Shown: positions 8,105-17,359 of the stretch, piece after piece
How positions within the stretch are numbered: the stretch's first letter is position 1
How the letters are laid out: each line of letters opens with the position of its first letter
Assembly: GCA_016649455.1 (NCBI GenBank)
Contig: JAENXO010000001.1
Location: 1-31,443, forward strand
Direction of reading: 5' to 3'
Length of the DNA: 31,443 nucleotides
From: Gemmatimonadota bacterium
Lineage (GTDB): Bacteria > Gemmatimonadota > Gemmatimonadetes > Palauibacterales > Palauibacteraceae
Program-made: the position numbers and the translations under genes
The notes under the pieces: model-generated
The model's input: only the letters and a program-made list of their open reading frames with translations
The model's database searches: none
Told to the model about the DNA's origin: nothing

Positions 8105-9930
8105 TCGGCACCATTCCGTTCCCCGCCGTCCGGCGCGCATTCCGCGGCGAATTCGACCGGGACAATGACCCGGAAGACCGTGTGGCCCGGCTCGGAGCGG
8201 ACATCGATCTGTCCGCCGCACCTTCCGGTAACGATGCGGCGCACGACATCCAGGCCCAGACCCGTGCCTTCGCCGACCTGTTTGGTTGTAAAGAATGGCT
8301 CGAATATCCGCGAGCGGACTTCCTCCGGAATCCCCGGCCCGTCGTCCTCGATCTCGACTGCCAGGTGGTCGCCTTCGCCGGACGTCCGAACCGTGATCGT
8401 CCCCGAGGTACCCAGCGCACCGATCGCGTTATCGATCAGATTCGTCCACACCTGGTTGAGCTCGCTTCCCCTGGTCCCGATCCGCGGCAGGTCTCGGTCA
8501 TATTCTCTGACGACGCTGATACCCTGTTTCAACTTGTGGCCGAGCAGCGTGATCGCGTCCTCGATGCCCCGGTGCACGTCGACTTCCTGCACCGGCGCCC
8601 GGTCCATGTGCGAGTACGATTTCACTACGCCTACGAGTTCAGAAATGCTGCTGGAACTGCTGCTGACCGTGCCGATCAACTCCTCAACAGTCAGAGCGTT
8701 GCACAACCATTCGATTGCAGGGGCCAGGGCCTGAGTCGGCAACTGCTCGGCAAACCCGTCCAGGTCCTCGGGTCGAGCACCGGTCGCGACGAGCACGGCC
8801 GCCGGCTCCCATCCGTCCGTGATGCCATGGCCATCGAGCCACGCAATCATCTCCTCTTCACGATCGCTCGCCTCGAGGGGCGACAACGTCGAAATTCCGC
8901 GCCGCTGCCCGAGCTCCCGGTAGCAGGCATCGAGGACGCTCCACTCCGCAGCGCCGACGTCCGACTGGACAAGCTCGAGTGGCGAAGCATGGAGCTTCAC
9001 GATCGCATCCTTCAGCTGATCCGCTGCGCGTGAGGCGGCGGCGGCCGGGTTGTTCAGCTCGTGCGCCAGGCCGGCCGACAACTTTCCGAGCGCAGCCATT
9101 TTCTCGGTCTGCCGAAGCTCCTCCTCCACCCTCAGCCGCTCCGCGATGTCGACGAACGTGACGACGCAGCCGACCCGTTCCCCGTCCCGGAACATCGGGA
9201 ACGACCAGTATTCCACGGGGAATCCCGTGCCGTCGGGCCGGAACAGCAGCTCGTCGAGCACGTGCGTTCCCTCGTTCTGCCCGAGCGCGCGGTAGATGCG
9301 GCATTCCTTCTCGGGATACGCTTCGCCATTCGGCCGCGTATGGTGCGCCAGGTCGTGCATGTTCTCACCCAACAGCTCATCCCTGCTCTCGTAGCCGAGC
9401 AACCGGGCACATGCCGGGTTGGCGAACGTGCAGTTTCCGTCCAGGTCGATCCCGTAGACGCCCTCGCCGGTGGAGTCGAGCAGCAGCTGCACGAGCTCGC
9501 TCGACTCACGCAGATCCCGTTCGACCTTTCGACGCTCGGTGATGTCAGCAAACGTGACTACGCAGCCGACCCGGTTTCCATCCTGGAACATGGGATATGA
9601 CCAGTACTCGACAGGGAATCCGGTCCCGTCGGGCCGAAACAGCAGCTCGTCGAGGACGTGCGTGCCTTCGTCCTGCCGCAGCGCCTCGTAGATGCGGCAT
9701 TCCTTCTCGGGATACGACTCGCCGTTCGGGCGGCTGTGGTGCACCAGGTCGTGCATGTTCCTGCCAACCAGCTCGTCTCGGCTCTCGTAGCCGAGCATCC
9801 GGGCACACGCCGGGTTGGCGAACGTGCAGTTCCCGTTCAAGTCGATCCCGTAGATGCCTTCACCCGTCGAGTTCAGGAGCATTCGGACCAGCTCATCGCT
9901 TCCGACGAGCTGGTCCGCAGTCTTCGCCAC
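8101..9930 (-). CDS. Cytoplasmic sensor histidine kinase with two PAS domains
   Basis: Two PAS-PAC repeats; H-box LSAGLAHELNNP; N-box NQVWTNLIDNA; G1 EDDGPGIP; F-box FEPFFTTK; G2 GTGLGL; no TM segments. Confidence 0.93.
   Translation of the reverse strand: MAKTADQLVGSDELVRMLLNSTGEGIYGIDLNGNCTFANPACARMLGYESRDELVGRNMHDLVHHSRPNGESYPEKECRIYEALRQDEGTHVLDELLFRPDGTGFPVEYWSYPMFQDGNRVGCVVTFADITERRKVERDLRESSELVQLLLDSTGEGVYGIDLDGNCTFANPACARLLGYESRDELLGENMHDLAHHTRPNGEAYPEKECRIYRALGQNEGTHVLDELLFRPDGTGFPVEYWSFPMFRDGERVGCVVTFVDIAERLRVEEELRQTEKMAALGKLSAGLAHELNNPAAAASRAADQLKDAIVKLHASPLELVQSDVGAAEWSVLDACYRELGQRRGISTLSPLEASDREEEMIAWLDGHGITDGWEPAAVLVATGARPEDLDGFAEQLPTQALAPAIEWLCNALTVEELIGTVSSSSSSISELVGVVKSYSHMDRAPVQEVDVHRGIEDAITLLGHKLKQGISVVREYDRDLPRIGTRGSELNQVWTNLIDNAIGALGTSGTITVRTSGEGDHLAVEIEDDGPGIPEEVRSRIFEPFFTTKQVGEGTGLGLDVVRRIVTGRCGGQIDVRSEPGHTVFRVIVPVEFAAECAPDGGERNGAE
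9130..9895 (-). repeat. Intragenic tandem duplication of a PAS domain (396-nt / 132-aa period)
   Basis: gtcgatcccgtaga occurs at 9445 and 9841; by hand alignment 104 of 125 residues are identical between the copies. Confidence 0.9.
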
Positions 9931-9933
9931 TCC

Positions 9934-10629
9934 TTACCCGGCCCGTATCGCCGAGACTGCCTGGTCGGTCGTCAGCACCGCGCTGGCGATCATCCGGAAG
10001 TTGAGAATGGCGGCTTCATAGAAATCTCCGCCCGGAAGCTGGGCGCCCGCCGTGGCGTCCTTTACCACGGCGACCTCGAATCCCTGCTCGGTGAGTTCCC
10101 TGAGATGGGCCTCGACGCAGAGATTGGCGGACATTCCTGCAAGGATCACCTTGTCGATTCCGCGCTTTCGCAGCTGCAGAACCAGGTCGTTCGACTCGGG
10201 CCCGTACACCTTGTGCGGACTCGTGACGATGACTTCGTCACGTTCGAGCAGCGGCTTGAGCGGGCCGTGCCAGTCAGCGCCGGAGCCGTCGAATCCGTTC
10301 GTGTTCAGCGCGCCCGCCCGATCGAACATCCCGACCGCGTGCATCATCTTCTCGAGCGCGCCGCCGAATTCCCACGCGTGGTCGTGCGGATAGTAGTAGT
10401 GGGGAGAAACGAATACCGGCATCCCGGAATCCAGGGCAGCCGAAATCAACTGCCGAAGATGCTCCACCGTGTTGTTTGCCACGACGCTCGCTCCCACGAC
10501 CCCCCAGACAACTCCGTCCTCGGAGAGGAAGTCCTTCTGCGGATCCGTGATCACCACTGCCGTTCTGCCCATTACGACATCGAGCCCGGGGTTGGGAAGA
10601 ATGTCGTCGTACGTCTGCTGCTCGCTCAT
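9934..10629 (-). CDS. Isochorismatase-family cysteine hydrolase
   Basis: Catalytic triad context ITDPQKDF (Asp), PHKVYG (Lys), GMSANLCV (cis-peptide/Cys); RBS before ATG. Confidence 0.9.
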   Translation of the reverse strand: MSEQQTYDDILPNPGLDVVMGRTAVVITDPQKDFLSEDGVVWGVVGASVVANNTVEHLRQLISAALDSGMPVFVSPHYYYPHDHAWEFGGALEKMMHAVGMFDRAGALNTNGFDGSGADWHGPLKPLLERDEVIVTSPHKVYGPESNDLVLQLRKRGIDKVILAGMSANLCVEAHLRELTEQGFEVAVVKDATAGAQLPGGDFYEAAILNFRMIASAVLTTDQAVSAIRAG

Positions 10630-10652
10630 GGTTCAGTACCTTTCCTTCTGGG

Positions 10653-11276
10653 TTATCGTGCGCGCATCTGCTGCGTTCGCGCGCCTGCCTTGATGGTTCT
10701 GCGGACTGTTTCACACAGCTGTGAGGCGTTGAACGGGCGCGGGAGGACTCGAAGGGTCGCGCTGCCCAGGCGCCGCACCTCGTCGGGAATCGGCTCGTCC
10801 ACGACCAGGATCACCGGAAGATCCCGGAATTCGTCCCGGGCTTGAAGCGCCAGGTAGAGTTCCAGGCCCGTACCGTTGGCAACGGTGCGTTCCGCGATGA
10901 TGACGTCGATCCGGTAATCGGCCATTTGAAGCTTCGCCTTCGAGAGAGAGCCCGCTTCCAGGATCTCGGCGATCTCGGTCGTCGCGTGTGCGAGGCAGCC
11001 ACGCAGGTAGAGTCGCATGTCTGCGTCCTCGACAACGAGAAGGATCACGGCCCCTGCGGGCTGATCCTGGTCTTTCTCATCCTTCGTCTTCGATTCGTCG
11101 GCGGATCCGAGGTGCGGCGTGCCACTCTGCTCCGAGCCCAGGAGGCTGATTTCCAGCTCGACCTGACGGGAGGCCCGTGGCGACTCTGAGTGGCCATCGA
11201 GCGGATGGCGATCCGGTCGTCCCCCCGGTCGCCCGGCTCCTCCTTCGGAAATCTCGCTGATCGCGCCCACTCGCAA
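10653..11276 (-). CDS. Stand-alone atypical (pseudo-)receiver domain protein; start uncertain (receiver fold begins at GTG 11048)
   Basis: VILLVVEDADMRLYLRGCL...DVIIAE...NGTGLEL...DLPVILV...LPRPF follows the receiver beta/alpha pattern; the first ~76 codons are low-complexity and may not be translated. Confidence 0.7.
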   Translation of the reverse strand: MRVGAISEISEGGAGRPGGRPDRHPLDGHSESPRASRQVELEISLLGSEQSGTPHLGSADESKTKDEKDQDQPAGAVILLVVEDADMRLYLRGCLAHATTEIAEILEAGSLSKAKLQMADYRIDVIIAERTVANGTGLELYLALQARDEFRDLPVILVVDEPIPDEVRRLGSATLRVLPRPFNASQLCETVRRTIKAGARTQQMRAR

Positions 11277-11410
11277 CTCGCAGATCGAGGGTCTGTATTC
11301 CCACGTGAGTCAACCGTAAGCAGGACTACAGCCGGGGTGTTAGCACGAGCGTCGCGGATCCTTGACGCAACGTCTCCGGGTTTGGAGAGACGACGATTGG
11401 GGACGCTCGG

Positions 11411-14400
11411 TCAGGAGCCGGGTGTCTGCTGCTGCCGGAATTGAGAAGGGGTAGCGCCGTACTCGTCCTTGAAGGACCGGGAGAAGTGGGCAACGCTGCG
11501 GAATCCGACGCCGTACGCGATCTCGCCTACGGTGCCGGCCTGTGCGGAGAGCAACTGACCGGCGCGCTGCAACCTGAGGGAGCGGATCAGCTCGGCCGCC
11601 GACGGCGCGCCGAGTTTTGAAAGTCGTCTGTAGAGGTTGGACCGGCTCTCGGACATTGCTCGCGCGAGCTCATCAACGCCGAATTCCGGGTCATCCATGC
11701 GCTCCCCGATTGCGCGGGTGAGCTTCTCCATGAACACCTCGTCCGACGCTTGAACGTCGATCGGGGTGACCGTCAGCGATCTGTGCTTAGGAATACGCTG
11801 CCGGAGGCGGCGGCGGGACTCGATGAGATTATCGACCCGCGCCGTGAGCTCCTGCATGTTGAATGGTTTGGTCAGATAGTCATCGGCGCCGGTGCCCAGT
11901 CCTTCGACTCTGCTCTCTGGTGACGCCTTAGCCGTGAGAAGCAGAACCGGAATGAAATCCAGCTCGGGATCTGCCTTCATGGACTCGCAGAGATCCATGC
12001 CGTTCATGCCGGGCATCATCAGGTCACTGATCACCAGGTCGGGCAGTTGTTCCCGCACTGTCTCGAGTCCACGCAACCCGTCCGCGGCTTCCAGCACTTT
12101 ATATCGCGGCTCGAGATGTGCCCGCAGATAGGTCCTGATATCCGCCGAGTCGTCGATGACCAGAACGGTGGTCGTGTCCTCGTCCGACGGATCGCCGGGC
12201 GTTTCCAGTTCAGCGCCCCCCACCTCGGACGGATGGGTCCCATTTGTTTCGGCTGTCTCGAACAGAGAGCTGTCCGCAACCGCGTCAGCCGGATCGCTGG
12301 ATTCGTATTGGCCGGGCTCATCGTCGATCTGTCCGGGAGTGAGGTGGGTCCTGCCGAGCGGCAGCCAGAAGGTGAACACGCTCCCGAAGCCCTCCTCAGA
12401 GCTGACATCGATCCCTCCGCCATGCAGTTCGGCGAGTTCCCGCGCCAGCGACAGGCCGATCCCGGTTCCCTTGCGACTACCGAGATCACGGACCCGGTAG
12501 AACCGCTCGAACAGGTGTGAAAGATGTTCACTCGCGATCCCCGGTCCATTGTCCCGAACCTCGATGACCGCCGTCACCGGATTGTCTCCGGCATGGCCGG
12601 ACGGCGGCTCCGACATCAGCGACAGCCGAACCGTCCCCCCGGGGGGGGTGAATTTGAAGGCGTTCGACAGGAGGTTGATCACGACTTTCTCCAGCAGGTC
12701 CGGATCCACATACGCGAAGACTGGGTCCGCCGGGAGCTGTCGGTTGAAAGTGATGGACTTCCGTTCCGCGAGCGAAGCGAACGCCAGGCAGATTCCCTCG
12801 ATGATGGGCACGAGGTCCTGGCGGCTCGCCACCAGATTCATCTCTCCGCTTTCGATCCGGGCCACGTCGAGCAGCTGATTCACCAGCCGCAGCAGGCGCC
12901 GCGAGTTGCGCAGCGACAGCTCGAGCTGCTGTTCTACCTCCGCGGTGGTGGAACCATGGGCACCCGCGAGGACATCTTCCAACGGGCCGATCGTCAACGT
13001 GAGGGGCGTACGGAACTCGTGCGAGATGTTAGCGAAGAACCGGGACTTCGCCTCGTCGATCTCGCGCAGCTTCGCTGTCTGCGCTTCGATCGTCGTCGTG
13101 CGCTCTGACACCAGGTGTGAGAGCTCCTCAGCCCGCGTCTGGTGCGTCCGTTCGCGGCGCCGAATCCCCGCGAACACCAGGACGAGAAAGCTCCCGGCCA
13201 CAGTGAGTCTGAACCCGAGCGTCTCGTAGAAGAAGGGCTGCACCACGAGACTCGTCGGCGACTCGGGTTCGTACCACACGCCGTCGCCGCGCGTCGCGCG
13301 AACCCGGAATTCGTATGTACCCGGAGGAACGTTGGTGTAGAAAGCCGTTCGACGTCCGCCCGCCTCCACCCAATCGGCCTGGAAATCCTCCAGGCGGTAC
13401 TGGAAGCGCAGGTTCTCAGGCGCCAGGAAACTCAGCGCCGTGTAGGTGATCTCGAAGTCCCGCTGGCTCCCGGCAAATCGGACTGGTTGAGAATCAGATA
13501 CCGCACCCGTGGGCACGGCGGAATCTTCGCCGGCTCGAACAGTCTCAACGTATACCGGGAAGGGGATCTCACTCGGGTGCGTGTCCGTCGGATCGACCAC
13601 CGAGACGCCGGCCTGCGTGGCAAACCACAGACGTCCGTCGCTGGCCACGATCGCCGGCGACTGCACACCTCCGTTCCCCTCCCGGTTTTCCAGGCCGTCC
13701 CTCTCGGTATACGAGATAGAGTGAATCCCACTGACCTTCCCGGCAGCGAAGTCCTCGAGATCCGAGCGCAGGACCCAGAAGATGCCCCGGTTCGTGCTCA
13801 TCCAGAACCGGCCTTGACGATCGGGGAGGATCGAGTGAATTCCGTCGTCGTACAGACCGTCCTGCCGTCGGATTGCGGTGATCTGTACGGTCGATCCGAG
13901 TGGTGCGGACTCTCCGGCAGCGGTTGCGTCCGCCGCCAGCTCGACGCGGTTGAGACCTTGATCTTCGGTGCCGATCCAGATCACACCCGCTTCATCTTCG
14001 TGAATCGAGCGCACGAGATTGCTGGACAGGCCGTCGGCCGTCGTGAGACTCTCGAACCGTCCTCGAGAATAGCGCGCAACCCCGCCCCCGTTTGTCCCCA
14101 GCCACAGGGAGCCGTCGTTCGCCTCGTGGATCACCCGCACGAAGTCGTGGGGCAAGCCGTCCTCTGTGGTGAAGTGCCGCATCGACCCGAGCGAGTCCCT
14201 GTACAGCCCCCTGTCCGTTCCGAACCAGAGCGAACCACTACTGTCTTCGTAGATCGACTTCACCGTGTGCCCGGAAAGGATTTGGGAGGTGCAGGCACGG
14301 ACCTCCAGGACGCAGGCGCCATAGTTGATCCGGCCGACCCACACGCGACCTGACCGATCCTCGAGGATCGCCTGTGGAAGGGAAGGTGAACCCGCTCCAC

Positions 14401-15673
14401 GCGCGATGACTCGAAACACTCCGTCCTCGTACCTGGCGATCCCCTCTCCCAGAGAGCCTAACCAGATCCGCCTCTTGGAGTCCTCGTATATCGGATAGAC
14501 GTTGGTGACAGCGCCGTCGGCGGCGCCGTAGGTCCGGAACAGGGCCGGCTTGAGTCGGTGAAGCCCATCGGCGGCGACCCAGAGGCTACCTTCATGGTCG
14601 AGCGCGATCGACGTGACCGGCGACCGACTCTCCAGCACGAGTTCTCCGTTCCGGTACAGCCGTCGGTCGATCCCCAGCCAGCGATCACCGTCATTCGACA
14701 CGGCGACCGAGAGGGGGCCCTCCCCCCCGGCGACGATTCCGGAGTCGAGGAGTCCCAACTCTCCGTCGTGCAGCGCGAAGAGCCCCTCGTACGTCGCGAC
14801 GAGGATCGAGTCGCCCGCGACGCTGTGCATCGCTGCCACTCGGATCGGACCCGACCCAGGCGCATCCAGCTGCCGCACGTCACCGTCCTGCCAGGCGAGC
14901 ACCCCGACGCCTGTGCCGATGTAGACAGTGCCGTCTGCGGTCTCCGCGAACGAGGTGGCGAGCCGGGACAGCGTAGCATCACGACTGGCCTGGATCGCCG
15001 CGACCTGCTCTCCGTCCCAGCGAAGAGCCCCGTGACCGTCGGTGGCGAGCCACGTGGCGCCGATCCGGTCCACGAACAGGGGACCGCCTCGCACCATCAG
15101 CCCGGGCTCGGCGAGCGGCTTGAACGAGCCCTCGCGCAATATGAAGACGCCCCGATTGCTCGCGACCAGCGGGCGTCCGTCGGAATCGAACGCCATCGTC
15201 CTGATCGCCGTTCCGGGCTCGTGCTCGACGCCGTAAACCTCGAATCCACCGGCTACGATCCTGACGACGTGATCGAACTCCGCGGTGGACCACAGACTCC
15301 CGTCCGGCCCTTCAATGATTTCGACGAAGCGATTCGTCGGAAGCTCCGGATTCGTGGCCGTGTTGAACACCGTGAACCGGGCGCCGTCGAATCGGATCAG
15401 ACCATCGAAGCTGGAGAGCCAGAGATATCCGTCCTGCGAGAACGCAAGTCCGTTCAGGTGACTGAGCGGCAGGCCGTCTTCGATCGTCCACGTCTCGTGG
15501 CCGAACTCGACCCCCTGTTCCAGCACGGTCGGATGGCCGGGCGGCACCTGCGCCCGGGCCGGGTCTGGACCGGCAGCTGGTATCAGCTGGAGCAGCAACA
15601 AGGTCGTGCAGATCCGATTCCAGATGCGACCCTGGATCACGGTCGGCACACACTGCGTGGGGCGAGCCTGCAC
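11411..15673 (-). CDS. Hybrid two-component system regulator (beta-propeller sensor, Y_Y_Y, TM, HisKA/HATPase, REC, AraC HTH)
   Basis: Signal peptide; repeated GxLWxGT / DGL propeller blades; YTNVPPGTYEFRV; TM; FANISHEFRTP; DLVISDLMMP...LTKPF; AYGVGFRSVAHFSRSFK. Exact start uncertain. Confidence 0.95.
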   Translation of the reverse strand: MQARPTQCVPTVIQGRIWNRICTTLLLLQLIPAAGPDPARAQVPPGHPTVLEQGVEFGHETWTIEDGLPLSHLNGLAFSQDGYLWLSSFDGLIRFDGARFTVFNTATNPELPTNRFVEIIEGPDGSLWSTAEFDHVVRIVAGGFEVYGVEHEPGTAIRTMAFDSDGRPLVASNRGVFILREGSFKPLAEPGLMVRGGPLFVDRIGATWLATDGHGALRWDGEQVAAIQASRDATLSRLATSFAETADGTVYIGTGVGVLAWQDGDVRQLDAPGSGPIRVAAMHSVAGDSILVATYEGLFALHDGELGLLDSGIVAGGEGPLSVAVSNDGDRWLGIDRRLYRNGELVLESRSPVTSIALDHEGSLWVAADGLHRLKPALFRTYGAADGAVTNVYPIYEDSKRRIWLGSLGEGIARYEDGVFRVIARGAGSPSLPQAILEDRSGRVWVGRINYGACVLEVRACTSQILSGHTVKSIYEDSSGSLWFGTDRGLYRDSLGSMRHFTTEDGLPHDFVRVIHEANDGSLWLGTNGGGVARYSRGRFESLTTADGLSSNLVRSIHEDEAGVIWIGTEDQGLNRVELAADATAAGESAPLGSTVQITAIRRQDGLYDDGIHSILPDRQGRFWMSTNRGIFWVLRSDLEDFAAGKVSGIHSISYTERDGLENREGNGGVQSPAIVASDGRLWFATQAGVSVVDPTDTHPSEIPFPVYVETVRAGEDSAVPTGAVSDSQPVRFAGSQRDFEITYTALSFLAPENLRFQYRLEDFQADWVEAGGRRTAFYTNVPPGTYEFRVRATRGDGVWYEPESPTSLVVQPFFYETLGFRLTVAGSFLVLVFAGIRRRERTHQTRAEELSHLVSERTTTIEAQTAKLREIDEAKSRFFANISHEFRTPLTLTIGPLEDVLAGAHGSTTAEVEQQLELSLRNSRRLLRLVNQLLDVARIESGEMNLVASRQDLVPIIEGICLAFASLAERKSITFNRQLPADPVFAYVDPDLLEKVVINLLSNAFKFTPPGGTVRLSLMSEPPSGHAGDNPVTAVIEVRDNGPGIASEHLSHLFERFYRVRDLGSRKGTGIGLSLARELAELHGGGIDVSSEEGFGSVFTFWLPLGRTHLTPGQIDDEPGQYESSDPADAVADSSLFETAETNGTHPSEVGGAELETPGDPSDEDTTTVLVIDDSADIRTYLRAHLEPRYKVLEAADGLRGLETVREQLPDLVISDLMMPGMNGMDLCESMKADPELDFIPVLLLTAKASPESRVEGLGTGADDYLTKPFNMQELTARVDNLIESRRRLRQRIPKHRSLTVTPIDVQASDEVFMEKLTRAIGERMDDPEFGVDELARAMSESRSNLYRRLSKLGAPSAAELIRSLRLQRAGQLLSAQAGTVGEIAYGVGFRSVAHFSRSFKDEYGATPSQFRQQQTPGS

Positions 15674-15867
15674 GTTACGGTCAAGACTGGTCAGCCTCCG
15701 CGTTCAGTCCACTGACAGACGACGGAACTGATCCAGTCTAATCAAATTTCGGCTGTCGATGTTCCCGCGGCCGGGCTCAGCCTCCCCCGCCTGCCGACCA
15801 ACAGCCCGCCGGGTACCTTCCAACGCGTCTGCTTCTGAATCGGTACTTGCTGGAAAGGTGGTGTTGA

Positions 15868-17283
15868 GTGAAGAGAGCAACGGTGTTGGCCGTATGCCTC
15901 GCGATCGCGCTTTCATTCGGCTGCGACGGAAAGCAGGATGCGCTGGTTATCCGCAACGTGACTGTCATCGACGGAACGGGCGCCCGACCCGAACCCGACA
16001 TGACAGTTGTCATCGAGCAGCGCCGGATCAGAACGGTCGGCACGGAGGGGTCCGTGCGGTATCCCTCCTCGGCCTCGGTCATCGATGGCACCGGCAAGTA
16101 CCTCGTCCCGGGCTTGTGGGACATGCATGTGCACCTGCGCGACCTCGACGGCACCCTCCCCCTGTTCATCATCAACGGTGTGACCACGGTGCGCGACATG
16201 GGGAGCGAACTCGAGAAGACGGTGGCGCTGAGAGAGCAGGTCGAGGCAGGCGCGCTCGTCGGACCCCGCATCGGGACCTCGGGGATGATGGTGGAGAGCT
16301 CGAGCTGGGTTGCACAGTACGTGGACCTGATGCGCGAGCAGGGTGCAGACGAGAAAGCGGTCGAAGAGTTCCTGCGCACGAGGATCATGGTGGGGGACCC
16401 GCAGGAAGCGACGGCGGTTGTGGATTCGCTGACCGCACTCGGTGCGGACTTCATCAAGATCCGACATGCCGAGTCGCCCGAGGTCTTCGCGGCGATCGCA
16501 GACGCGGCGGCGGACGCCGGAACGCACCTCGTGGGCCACTACGTGTGGATCTTGAGCCTCGAGGAGAGCGCCGACGCCGGGCAGCGCAGCATTGAGCACA
16601 ATGTTCTTCCGGGGTTCAACGAGAGAACTCCCGAGCAGAAGCGCGACATCTTCGACGCGCTGCTTCGCAATGACACGCACCTGGTGCCCACCCTGGTCAC
16701 GAATTCCGCGGAGACGCTGCCCTTCGAAAACGTCATTGCCATCGTCGAGGACACCGAGGGCGCCCTGGACTCCCGAAATCGATACGTGTCGAGGGCCATT
16801 CGGCAGCGGTGGATCGAAACTGTAGCCGTCAATTCAGCGGATACGGAGCGCCCGCCGCCGGAGGTTATTCAACAGATGATGACCGGCAGTAATCAGTTCC
16901 TGGCGGAGGCCCGGTCAGCCGGCGTGAAGATGATGGCCGGTACAGATGCCCCTACGACGGGCACCTTCTTCGGGTTCAGCCTTCATGACGAGCTCGCGCT
17001 GCTCGTCGAGACGTATGGGATGACTCCGATGGAGGCGCTACGCAGCGCGACAGCCATTCCGGCGACCTTCATGGGCATGGACACCGAAGTGGGCACGATT
17101 GAGCCGGGCAAACGGGCGGATCTCCTGCTGCTCGACGCCGACCCGCTCGCCGACATCAGGAATACGCGGCGGATCGACACCGTGATCGCGGATGGTCGCG
17201 TGTATGACAGCGCCACGCGAGAGCGGCTGTTGAGCGAGATCGAAGCCGTGGTCGCTGCGACCGGCGCAGAGCCAGCCCAATGA
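15868..17283 (+). CDS. Amidohydrolase-family lipoprotein
   Basis: Lipobox LSFGC; PGLWDMHVH, DFIKI, VGH, SIEH, AGTD metal ligands; IEPGKRADLLLLDADPL. Confidence 0.9.
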   Translation: MKRATVLAVCLAIALSFGCDGKQDALVIRNVTVIDGTGARPEPDMTVVIEQRRIRTVGTEGSVRYPSSASVIDGTGKYLVPGLWDMHVHLRDLDGTLPLFIINGVTTVRDMGSELEKTVALREQVEAGALVGPRIGTSGMMVESSSWVAQYVDLMREQGADEKAVEEFLRTRIMVGDPQEATAVVDSLTALGADFIKIRHAESPEVFAAIADAAADAGTHLVGHYVWILSLEESADAGQRSIEHNVLPGFNERTPEQKRDIFDALLRNDTHLVPTLVTNSAETLPFENVIAIVEDTEGALDSRNRYVSRAIRQRWIETVAVNSADTERPPPEVIQQMMTGSNQFLAEARSAGVKMMAGTDAPTTGTFFGFSLHDELALLVETYGMTPMEALRSATAIPATFMGMDTEVGTIEPGKRADLLLLDADPLADIRNTRRIDTVIADGRVYDSATRERLLSEIEAVVAATGAEPAQ

Positions 17284-17359
17284 AGCCGAGCTCTGAAGCG
17301 CGATCTCCTTGACAGAATGTCCCATCGTCCGACGCATCGTCCGCACCGGGCCTATAAAG

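Noticed and set aside
8105-8221. N-terminal 39 codons of the 592-aa ORF
   Set aside because: Overlap the kinase C-terminus; the ATGA junction at 8101-8104 marks the real start.
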